The notes beneath the pieces were generated by a model that saw only the letters and a program-made list of their open reading frames with translations, made no database searches and had not been told where the DNA came from. Source: Octopus sinensis (Eukaryota). From it: a stretch of 64,000 nucleotides of DNA. The position numbers were made by a program, and so were the translations under genes. Numbering within the stretch: position 1 is the first letter of the stretch; each line of letters begins with the position of its first letter. This document shows positions 11,997 to 22,866 of this stretch, piece by piece. The stretch lies in NCBI RefSeq assembly GCF_006345805.1, contig NC_042999.1, forward strand, positions 106,888,001-106,952,000, written 5' to 3'.

Positions 11997-12589
11997 ACTC
12001 GAATGGTGCTTTTACCATGCCACTGGCACGGGTGCTAATCAAGCAGTCATGTAATATATATATTTCACTTCTTCTGTTCCTACAAGATCATATAATATTT
12101 CTGTATAATACTGTGGTACAATGTCTCGAAGCTGAGGAGAAAGGGATGGTATAGTTGATTATATTAGTCCCAGGACTTAACAGTACTCTATTTTACTGGT
12201 CTTAGAAAGATAAAACATAAACCTGACCTTCCAAAATGTAATCCTTTTGCTACCAATCCACCTCAGATATTAAATGGCTATGAATAAATTTTACATCCCA
12301 TTGCAATTTCTTCTTTGCTGTTTAGTCAGGGAGGAAAGGCCAGTAAGTTGTGTTCCCTTAATTTTTAGAATCCTCAAAACCAGTCAGAGGAAGAGAGAAA
12401 GACCAGTAGCCAAGTCTAAATCTTTTAACAGGATAAAGTCTGCTAAGTGGCCCAAGGACCAGGTGATGGTGCGAAAAACCAAACAGCAAATTAAGACTAC
12501 AACCCAAGAATTCAAAACACAAATATTAAAATGAATGCAAGTCATTTCATCTGATACTATGGCAACTCCACTACAAGGACAGGTTATTT

Positions 12590-12980
12590 GGTTCAGAAGC
12601 TCACTTTGCAGCCACGGATTCAATCTTACTGTGGGCTGTGAATGAATCTGGTAAATGGAAACTGTGTGGTAGCCTTTCCCTGTCATTTATGCGTGTATGT
12701 GTGCTTGTGTGTGTGTATGTATGTGTGTGTGTGCATGTGTGTGTATATGTGTGTGTGAGTGTGTGTGTGTGTGTGCTTGTGTATGCATGTTTTTGTGTCT
12801 CCCACACCACTTGACAAACAGAATTGGTTTGTATACATTCCCATAACTTAGCACTTTGCTAAAAGAGATTGATATAATAACTAAAAAGATAGATCTGTTC
12901 AGCTAAAACCCTTCAAGACTGAACCCCAGCATGGCTGCAATCCAATGACTAAAGCAAGTAAAAATAGAAAAAAGAAGATA
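12590..12980 (+). mobile_element. Abundant tRNA-derived SINE (family A), diverged copy with internal (TG)n
   Basis: GAATCTGGTAAATGGAAACTG, internal TG tract and CCAGCATGGCTGCAATCCAATGACTAAAGCAAGTAAAA tail align with the copy at 35473-35899. Confidence 0.7.
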
Positions 12981-14600
12981 TTCCACTTCCATGGTCTGGC
13001 ATATACATGTTATTGATCCACAAACGGATGAATGGTAAAGTTAACCATAGGGAAATTTGAACTCAGGGTGCAGAAAGCTGGAACAAATATCACAAGGCAT
13101 TTTGTTCTAGGCTTTAATGACTCTGCCAATTTGCCACATATGCTCTATTGATTCCCTAAATCCACCATCCTCCCTTTACCATATGATATTTCTTTACAAA
13201 ACTGTAATTTTAGGTGATATTATATTAATAATTCAGTAATATCAAGCAGCAACAGATCAGATGGAATAGGAAGAAGCAAGGAAAAAAATAAACCAAATAC
13301 GGTGTTATTGGTATTTGTGAAAGCCATATGAAGCGTGACTACAGAATACAAAATGTGAATTATGAAAATTATTAGTAAAAGAAATAAGACAAAAAAAAAA
13401 AGAGAAAGAAAAAGGAAGAGGATAATGCAAATATTAACAGTGAATGAAAAACAACGCATGGCTGTGAGTATATATACATGAAAACACATGTATGTGTGTA
13501 AGGTAAGATCCTGCTTCTGTGCATATACACACACACATACACACACGCATACATACATACATGCATACATACATGTTTATTTATATATTTTACTGTATAT
13601 TTGTATGCTTTGTGTGTGTGTGTGTGAGGGTGAGTTGCTTATATAATTCTTTGAATCACTCCTGTAAGTAAATTGGTTTCAATCTAAAAGACAAAGCTCC
13701 ACCATTGGAATTTAGATAGAATCAACAATAAAGTACTATATATTTTTCAGAAATGTCTTTTCCCTATTTTTCTGTTCCAGTTACAAAATGAATTTTCAGA
13801 AAACAAGTTTGATGTTTCTCTTTCTCTGCTGAAAATACAAGCTTTCCCAGACTATTACTTACACATTTAGTAACATGATTAACCAATTAACCCAGTGTGG
13901 CATGATTACACTGTGTGACAGATTTTTTAAAATTTATTTTCATTGTCTTTGGTCAGTAGGTGTTGTTTTTTATTTTCTTCTGTTTAAAAATCAAAGGAAA
14001 TTACTACTATTCCCTATGAGCTTTGCTTTTGTGACATGGACATCAATGTTTTGAAACTGACCTATTTTCCATTACATTTCAGATTCAGTGCTGAGTTGCT
14101 GAAGCAGAAATATCATTATAGCAAATATTCTGCTCAATACCACAGATTTGCTTATCACTTGCTTGGCCACTTGAGCATGTCCCTTTGTAGCTGACCAATA
14201 TGTGCATCTCTAACCATGAGCAGCAGTAGTGGAGGAGAATCACAGCTATGTTTCAAGAGGAATTATTAATATTAACCATTTTCATACCTTCTAGGGTATG
14301 AAAACATATAGTAAATAACAGTTGTTACCCAAGGACAAAAGTCATCTTACAGCATTATTGTTACAAATGTAAATTTATAATCTGATTCTGAGAAGTTACA
14401 GATTCCAAAAGATGTGACCTTAAATTTCCTCTTTTTCACTAATTATTTTCAAAATATTGACACCTCCTTGAAAGCTGAACTCCGCAATACTAAATGAGGT
14501 TGTTTTCTCTCCTTAACACTTATATCAATAAATTACATTATAGCTTCTATAAGTTGTTTTGACAAGAATGTCCCACAAATTTCTTGTGCTGAAATTTATC

Positions 14601-15524
14601 TATGCAGTGGTATCAAAATGTTCCTGGACTAGTTCTGTAGCATGCCAACAGATGGCAGCACATAATTGTGTGTGAAGTGAGAGCTAGCAGAGACCTTAAT
14701 GAGGCAGTGTACTGAGTGACATCACTGTGTTTTCTTCACAAGTTGTGAAGTTTGTGTTTTTGTGATCATGTGTATGCTATCATCTGCAATTTTATAATGG
14801 ACAGGAAATTGGAACCAAGAACCACCATGAAATTTTGCATTAAACTTGGGAAGTCTGCTACAGAGACATTGAGCATGCTTTGGCAAGCTTACGGTTATGA
14901 GGCAATGGGTCATACACAATGTTTTGAGTGTCACAAAAATTTCTAAAGTGGAATAACATCCATAGAAGGCGATGAGCGACCTGGAAGACCTGCCATGAGC
15001 ATCATCCCCAGAAACGTGGTATTGTGCATTGAGAATTTGTTCCCAAGGGCCAGACTGTTGATCAAGTTCTACTGCAATGTTTTGAAGCATTTGAGGGAGT
15101 ACGCACAGTGAAAGTAACCTGATCTAAGGAGCTTGAAGAATTGAAGTGTTGGCAATGATAGTGCACTCTGTCACTAAATTCTCTTCACTCATGAGTCTAT
15201 CACCAAAAACAACATAGTCCACTTCCATACCTGGCCTATTTGTCAGATTTAGCACCTGCAGACTTCTATTTCTTCCCCAAGATGAAAAGGCAGATCAAGG
15301 GTCGCCATTTTAACACCATTGTTGAGATCTAGAGCAAATCACAGAAGATCCTTGACTCGCTTACAGAAAACATCTTCCAGACCAGATTCCAGAAGTAACA
15401 GAAATGCTCGGACCCTTGTATTGCTGTGCAAAGGGACTATTTTGAAGGAGATGATGTTAAATCAAAAATGAGTTATTTCTTATTAAACATAACAAGTCCA
15501 GGTACCTCTTGATACCACCTTGTA
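14601..15524 (+). mobile_element. Internally deleted mariner transposon
   Basis: TIRs TA-TGCAGTGGTATCAAAATGTTCCTGGACTAGT and ACAAGTCCAGGTACCTCTTGATACCACCTTG-TA. HTH region MKFCIKLGKSATETLSML...DERPGRP, then GIVH.EFVP.GQTV and YLSDLAPADFYFFPKMK. Contains stops. Confidence 0.9.
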
Positions 15525-16699
15525 CATACTCACATCAGTTGGTTTTGATATTTGTTCCGGAGCCATCCATTTTACGAATGGTATGGTATATTATTTTGGC
15601 AATAATAACGTGCAACATAGGAAGATAGCTCATTAATACTTCTGGACAGCTATTGATCATATGTGCAGTTTTTCTCATAGACATATGGCATAACTGATAT
15701 TTTTCTGTCATGTCTCAATATTCTACAGTCTCTGCTTTTTTTCATTTTTCTTTTCTCTCAACAGGTAATTTGTAGCTATCTCCTGCTTCTGGATTTTAAA
15801 GAAATGACACTCAAAACATGTTACAATGTAACAGTCATGAGTTTTGACAATACTTCTAGTCAATATTAGTATCACTATTTTGCTAAAGTCTAATTTGCTT
15901 TTCATCCTTTCAGGGTCAATAGAATAGGTCGACTAGAATCAATATAATTGACTTACCCACCCACCCAAACTTGCTGGGCCTGTCCCATGATTTGAAACCT
16001 ATATTAATATCACCATTAAGTCTGTGTGAAATATGCACAGTCTTTTACTGGTACCAAGGATGTTCCTCCAGCTGTTCTGGGGTCACACAGAATATCACAT
16101 AGAAGTCAATTAATTCAAAAATGATCTCATTATTGGAAATTGGATTGTTGTTGGTGTTTAGCTGGTGCTGTTTGAGGAAAACAATACAGTTTTCAAAGGA
16201 TTTCTAGGTGGGCCATAAGCTCTTCCTTTTGTCTTTCTTCATAAGTAGCATCATCATCATTATCATCGTCATAATCATCATTTTATGTCTTCTGTCAATG
16301 CTGGCATGGTTTGGATGGTTTGGCAGGAGCTGGCAAGTCAGAAGATTGTGCCAAGCTTTATTGACTGCTTTGGTATGGTTTCTGTGGCTGGAGGCCCTTC
16401 TTAACACCAACCATTTTATATAGTGTACTGGATGTGCTTTTTTATGTGGCACCAGCAGCAGTGAGGTCAGCAAGTAACCTACAAGACAAAACCCCCTCAA
16501 CTGAGGTGAGAGAAGCGGGGAGAGAGTTGGCTTTGTGCCAGTTGATGACAGATTAAAGTACGACCTCATGAGGAGAGAGAGAGAAGAGAGAGGAGAGAAA
16601 AGAGAGAGGGGAGAGAGAGATAAGAGGGAGGAGAGAGAGAGAGATAAGAAGGAAGAGAGAGGAGATGATGAAGATGTGACTCAGGGTACACTCATGTAA

Positions 16700-16822
16700 G
16701 TGTGGAAGAACCAAGGATTGGATAGGGGGAGTGGTTGGATGAATTCACAAGATTGCAAAAAGAGAGTAGGAGATGGTGAGGAGGGACTCTGTGAAAGATT
16801 TCACCTAAAGTTAGGACCTTGT
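16700..16822 (-). repeat. ~120-bp segment duplicated at 18177-18293 (probable L2/Crack-type LINE fragment)
   Basis: GGAAGAACCAAGGATTGGATAGGG...CACCTAAAGTTAGGACCTTG aligns end to end with 18177-18293, with scattered substitutions. Confidence 0.65.
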
Positions 16823-17254
16823 TGGTTTTAATATCTATAGTCCAGTTGTGTATTCCAAGTGATGTTATCACCATTGATACAGAAAATTGTGGATATAACA
16901 TTAATTCAGATTACTCTCTTAAATGTTGTGCTTATTTTATTCTTTTATTTGTTTCAGTCATTTGACTGTCGCCATGCTGGAGCACTGCCTTCAGTCAAAC
17001 AAATCAACCCCAGGACTTATTTTTTGCAAGCCTGGTACTTATTCTATCGGTCTCTTTTACCAAATCACTAAGTTACGGGGAAGTAAATACACCATCAATT
17101 GTCAAGCAATAGTGGGAAACAACAGACACACAAACACACACACACATACATATATAAATACGACAGGCTTCTTTCAGTTCTATATTTAAGAGATAAGGAA
17201 TTATGTACATTATTTACATTTGACGGATATTTGTCTTCATCTTGTTTGTTGTTA

Positions 17255-17298
17255 ACACAATGTTTCCGCTGATAGACCTTCCAGCCTTCATCAGGTAT
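17255..17298 (-). ncRNA. Degenerate minimal hammerhead ribozyme in the PLE pseudo-LTR
   Basis: Minus: AUAC-CUGAUGA-A-GGCUGG-AAGGUCUA-UCAGCG-GAAAC-AUU-GUGU. Core boxes are present, but stem II closure and stem III (ACGU to ACAU) appear mutated. The plus-strand copy at 17814-17830 has lost stem II and GAAAC. Confidence 0.6.
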
Positions 17299-17653
17299 CT
17301 TGGGGAAATTTCAAATCTAGGTTCTCATTCCTAAGGTATTTTTCGATGTTATTATTATTATTATTATTATAATTATGATTCAGGTCACTGCCTTGAATCA
17401 AACTCGGAATCTTGGGGTTAGTAGCCCATGCTCTTAACCACTATGCTATATGCCCATGGGATGAAGTTAAAATAACAGACAGAGAACACTACCGGAAAAT
17501 ACAAAAACTAAAAGAAGCAGCACATATTCTAGGACACAACAACCTCCTAAGCAGACTGAGGGCAGATATGAATAGCACATGGGAACTGGTATTAAGGAAA
17601 GATAGGAAAATATTAGATTTATAAACACTAAAATTCACTCCATGATTGCCTAT

Positions 17654-17726
17654 GGGCATATGGCGTAGTGGTTAAGAGTGTGGGCTAGTAACCCCAAGAT
17701 TCCAAGTTCAATTCCAGGCAGTGACC
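17654..17726 (+). promoter_or_regulatory. tRNA-like Pol III internal promoter inside the PLE pseudo-LTR
   Basis: A box TGGCGTAGTGG (17661-17671), anticodon-like arm GGGCTAGTAACCC, B box AGTTCAATTCC (17705-17715). Mirrored at ~17384-17455 on minus. Confidence 0.65.
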
Positions 17727-18861
17727 TGAATAACAATAATAATAATAATAATAATAACAGCAACATTGGAAAATACCTTAGGAATGTGAAACCAGGTTCG
17801 AAATTTCCCCAAGACACCTGATGAATGTGTTAACAACAATGAAGATGAGGACAAATATTCATCATATGTAAATAATGTACATAGGTTTCTGTCTACCAAA
17901 TCCACTCACAAAGCTTTGGTTGGCCCAAGGTTATAGTAGAAGACACTTGCCCAAGGTGCTATGCAGTGGAACTGAATCCAGAACCATGTGGTTGGTAAGC
18001 AAGCTACTTACCACACAGCCACATAGTTATAGCTTTGAAATTTTGGTGATGCAGTTGTATATTTATAGACTGATATTATAGGGTAGGTGCAAGAGGCCAG
18101 ATCTGGTCAGGCTTAACATAAAACTGGTAGAATATTTGGGCCAGATATGACTAATTTAAATGCTAAAGTAAGACTGGAGGAACCAAGGACTGGATAGGGT
18201 GAGTTGTTAGATGAGTTCATGAGATTGCAAAAGGAGAGTAGGAGATGGAGAGGAGGGACTCTGTGAAAGATTCCACCTAAAGTTAGGACCTTGGTGTAGT
18301 AAACTTTGGTTCTTCTATTTTGTTAATATTTTTATATGACATACTTTCATCAATGCCAATGTCTCTGTTGCACTCATTGTCTGATATAATGAGGATAGTG
18401 ACACCATTGACGTTACTGTTTCTTTTTGTTTTGTTTTTTTGTTTTTTTTGTGAAGTGGCTTTCACACATTAAAACAGGAACATTTCACTCATTCAATATG
18501 AAGATATACGTAGACAATATCCCACCAATGTTCCAGTTCATAACACTGTTACACTGTTATTTAATCCAGCTGTTTCTCAGCACTGTAGTTAATTCTTGTG
18601 AAGATCTTCAGATTGTCAGCAGAGAATATATGGATTTCATGGCGTTGAAATAAACAACAAACTTATTGATGTCTTCTAATTTGTTTGTTTTTTCCTTATT
18701 TGTTACAAGAATTCTGTTATGGCAAGCCATCTTGGTTTGTCTATTTGACTTGTCATGTATATATGTATGCTATATATATATGTATGTATGCATGTATGCA
18801 TGTATATATGTATATGCTGGAATGAATGTATGTCTTGTATCTATTTGTGTGTGAGTGCATG

Positions 18862-19032
18862 TACGAGGTTGTATTAGAAAGTTCCTGGACTAGTTCTGTA
18901 GCTTGCCAACAGATGACAGCGCATGGTTGCGTGTGCAGTGAGATCTCAGAGTAACCTTCATGAGGCAGTGTGTCAAGTTACATTGCTGTGTTTACTTTGC
19001 AAGTTGTGAAGTGTTTGTCTGTGTGATATGCT
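18862..19032 (+). mobile_element. 5' end of the same mariner family as 14601-15524
   Basis: TACGAGGTTGTATTAGAAAGTTCCTGGACTAGTTCTGTAGC... is collinear with 14601-14780 and is truncated where a SINE begins. Confidence 0.8.
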
Positions 19033-19036
19033 GTAG

Positions 19037-19114
19037 TCTACTATAGCCTCGGGCTGACCAAAGCCTTGTGAGTGGATTTGGTAGACGGAAACTGAAAGAA
19101 GCCCATCATATATG

Positions 19115-19152
<38 letters not shown>

Positions 19153-19346
19153 TGTGCCTGTCCCCCCAACATTGCTTGACAACCGGTGTTGCTGTGTTTA
19201 TGTCCCCAATACTTAGCGGTTCAGCAAAAGAGACTGATAGAATAAGTACTAGGCTTACAAAGAATAAGTCCCGGGGTCGATTTGCTCAACTAAAGGTGGT
19301 GCTCCAGCATGGCCGCAGTCAAATGACTGAAACAAGTAAAAGAGTA
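19037..19346 (+). mobile_element. Family A SINE, 5'-truncated, well conserved
   Basis: CTACTATAGCCTCGGGCTGACCAAAGCCTTGTGAGTGGATTTGGTAGACGG, internal (TG)n, tail CCAGCATGGCCGCAGTCAAATGACTGAAACAAGTAAAAGAG. Confidence 0.85.
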
Positions 19347-19956
19347 AAGGAGTTTGAGTACTTTTAATACCATGTATGCATTTGAGTATAAGCATATATG
19401 TATGTATGTGTATATTCATTATTGTCAAACAATATGACAAATAATTAGTCAAGAAGTTACCATCAGTTTCATGTTGCAGGACAGAAGCAGATTGCTTCTT
19501 TAGAGCTGGACATACATAAACTCTAGGCTCACACTCAGAAGAAAGAGGAGTTATTTCCCTTGGCTTGGGGTATAAAAAAAAAATTTTGAAAATTAGCAGT
19601 GAAAATGAAAATTCTTAGATTTTAAAGCTGTTTTATACCTACTGGTTACCACTGCTACTGCTGCTGCTGCTGCTGTTGCTGCTGCTGATGATGATTTAAC
19701 ATATTCCATGGGCTGAACTGTGCAACAGGAGCTGGCAAGTCAGAAGACTGTGCCAATTTGTACTGTCCCCTTAGGCATGGTTTCTTATGACTGGATGCCC
19801 TTCTTAATGCCAACCACTTTACAGAATTTTTACTAGGTGCTTTTTACGCAGCACAGTAGCAGCAAGGTTGCCCAGTAACTTGCAAGACAAGATTCCCAGT
19901 AGGCACAATATCTTCAATCAACAACATCGCAATATTGGATGCTGTGCAATGTCTTT

Positions 19957-19966
19957 AATAATAGTA

Positions 19967-20016
<50 letters not shown>

Positions 20017-20134
20017 GGTGGTGGTGGTGGCGGTGGCGGTGGTGGTGGTGATAATGATGATGATGATGGCGATGATAATGATGATGATGATGGCGATGAT
20101 GATGATGGCAATGATGATGATGATGATGATGATG

Positions 20135-20174
<40 letters not shown>

Positions 20175-20176
20175 TA
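19957..20176. repeat. Compound (GAT)/(GGT)/(AAT) trinucleotide microsatellite
   Basis: Direct reading. Similar compound tracts at 23460-23700 and 40638-40748. Confidence 0.95.
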
Positions 20177-20789
20177 ACTCTTTCTAATTTAAGCAAAAGG
20201 CCAGCAATATTAAGGGGTGGGCCTATTGATTTCTTCTACTACTCAGCATGCAATATTAACGAAGTCATTGGGGGAAATTGTTGGTATATTGGTTGGAGGA
20301 ACTAAACTTTTGTCCATAGCTTCATTCTCATGTTTGCTATTGTTTTTGTAAATGTTGTTATTATTATTGTGTTTTTTTTTTCCTTTGCCTTGTGTTGCTG
20401 TTTTGGTTGACACTGGTTGTGACAATGGTGGTATTGCTGCTGATTTGAGACAATGGTGGGAAAAAGCTTTATTGAAATTTTTGTTTTCACACTTCAATAA
20501 ATGTCATAAAATTTTATTCTCTGTTTTCTTCGTTTTTCACGCGAGGTAAATTTTGAAAATAAAATAAGATTTCAGACACTCAAGTGATAAAATTGAATGA
20601 AGCTAACCTCATGAAGGTTTGTAAGTTTGCTTTTAAAACATATGGTAAAACAAAAAAAATGTATAACCGTTTCCAAAAATTAACAAATACCTGCAGAAGT
20701 TGTGACCATGTGTCTTTTCTTTTCAAGTACAAAAGAAGGAGGAGGAGGAGGAAGATTTTCGAAAGAAATATGTTCAGTGAAGGAATAAC

Positions 20790-22670
20790 CTCAGCAAAGA
20801 TCTATCAAAACAATGAACACAGCACATGAACATCTCTGGACCCCTATAACAACTGAAGAGGTCACACAGGCACTGCAAAAACTAAGCAACTGGAAGGCAC
20901 CTGGACATAACAAGATCCCCACCTTCTGGTTAAAATACTTAACAGGAATACATAAAAAGCTGGCTGAGAAATTTAATGACATACTAGCAGAGCCAGAGAC
21001 AATGCCTGAATGGCTCATGGAATGGAAAAACTATCCTAATTCCCAAATCCACTGAAACAGTAAACCCACAAAATAACAGACCTATAACTTGTCTCCCTGG
21101 AATTTACAAAGACCCTTTACTGCAATAATATTGTAGAGAATGAGCAAGCATCTGAAAGAAAACAACCTGTTTCCAGAAGAGCAGAAGGGATGCTGCAAGG
21201 GCTCACACAGCTTTAAAGATCAGCTACTGATCAATAAAGACTTAACTGAAGACAGTCACAGAAAGAAGAAGGGTCTAGATATGGCCTGGATCGATTATCA
21301 AAAGGCTTTTGATAGCATTCCCCAAATATGGAACACTAGCCATGAAAAAGGTAGTATCAATAATCATAAAATATATAAAATAATCCATGAATAAATGGCA
21401 GACATTGCTACAACTCCAAACAAAAGAGAGACTCATAAAAACTAAAGTCATCCTCATTAGAAGAGAAATATTCCAGGGAGACATACTCTCTCTCCACTCC
21501 TTTTCTGCTTGGCACTGACACCTTTATCTGACATGCTAAACAGAACTAGATGTGGATACAACTGTTATGGCCAAATAAACAGCCACCTCTTATATATGGA
21601 TGATCTAAAACTGTAAGCTACAAATGATAAGCAATTGGAAACATTACTACAAACAGTACATGGATTTACCAAAGAAATAAACAACGAAATTTGGCTTAGA
21701 AAAATGTGCCAAAGCAACCTTGTAAAGAGGAAATCTGGTTAAGAGTAGCAACATCACTCTAGATAAAGCAAATGAAATAAGATATTAGACCAAAGCCAGA
21801 CATACAAACTTAGGAATCAATGAACTAGATACATTGCAACACACATAAAGGAAAGAGAAGATAAAAAAAGAATATTATAGACAAGTCAGATTAATACTGA
21901 AAACAGAGCTCAACGTGAAAAACAAGATAATATGTATCAACACACAAGCTGTCCCAGTTATAAATTACAGCTACAATGTTCTTAACTGGACATTTAAATG
22001 AACTAATCAAAATAGACAGGAAAACAAAAAAAATAATGACAGAATTTAGGATGTACCACCCACAATCAGACATAGAAAGCTTATATATCCAATATATGGA
22101 AGGTGGTAGAGGCCATATAACAGCTAGAAAACTATTACTAAATAACTACCATAAGACTACAGAAATGGTTGCTTTCTCTAATAGTGCTGATGTTGACAAA
22201 GCCTTTACTCATCAATGGTTAGTGTCTTCTGGCTTAAAATCAGAAACAGAAGGGCTTATCATAGCAGTCCAAGATCAATGCCTACCTACAGGGAATTACC
22301 AGGCCAGCATATTACAGAATGTCAGTAGCCCAATATGTCATGTATGTCAACAGCAAAATGAAACTATTGATCATGTCTCCATGTGCAGTCTTCTTGTACC
22401 TACAGAATATCTCAACGGGCATGATAGAGCAGTAACATATATTCAAGGGTAATTGGAGAAAAATCTGGATCTACCCCATGATAAAAACTGGTGGGAACAC
22501 AAACCGCCTCCAGTGCTTGAAAATGATCACATCTCACTCCTCTGGAACTTCACCATTCAAACTAACAGAAAGATAGATGCGAATAGGCCAGATATTATAT
22601 TGAAAGACTTCAGACAAAAATCATGCCTCCTCATTGATATGACTGTACCAATCAACAGTTATATTTAAAG
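20790..22670 (+). mobile_element. Decayed R4/Dong-clade (RLE-type) non-LTR retrotransposon
   Basis: WKAPGHNKIPTFWLKYL, EEQKG, WIDYQKAFDS, HLLYMDDLKL (~21583-21613), CCHC finger CHVC...ETIDHVSMC, and RLE motifs LWNFTIQT...RPDII...LIDMTVP. Multiple frameshifts. Confidence 0.9.
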
Positions 22671-22782
22671 TAATTGAAAGAAACACAGAGTATTTCAAAT
22701 TAAATACAGTAATGAAAGGGTTAAATAGATTAGCAAAAAATTTCCTTCGTGTATCAATTAAAGTTGGGACTGGTAAAAGGCT

Positions 22783-22786
<4 letters not shown>

Positions 22787-22866
<80 letters not shown>
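22787..22866. repeat. (AGT)n microsatellite
   Basis: Direct reading. Confidence 0.95.

Larger units (their letters stand above)
17181..17884 (+). mobile_element. 5'-truncated Penelope-like element with inverted pseudo-LTRs
   Basis: Inverted arms 17202-17460 and 17649-17883 flank WDEVKITDREHYRKIQKLKEAAHILGHNNLLSR...W (17457-17624), a Penelope GIY-YIG C-terminus. Arms contain HHR remnants. Confidence 0.85.
16935..18025 (-). mobile_element. Family A SINE split by a Penelope-like insertion
   Basis: SINE sequence breaks at CTTTCAGTTC (17180), resumes at GTTTCTGTCTACCAAATCC (17885) and ends at CCACACAGCCAC. Confidence 0.85.

Noticed and set aside
18426-18653. 75-aa ORF after a T-rich tract as a host exon
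   Set aside because: No recognisable protein similarity, no convincing donor site and no partner exons.
19868-20305. Long homopolymeric ORFs (poly-M/V/I/D/G/H; also 22621-22936, 23313-23771, 40627-40845)
   Set aside because: Translations of trinucleotide microsatellites, open in several frames, with no domain content.
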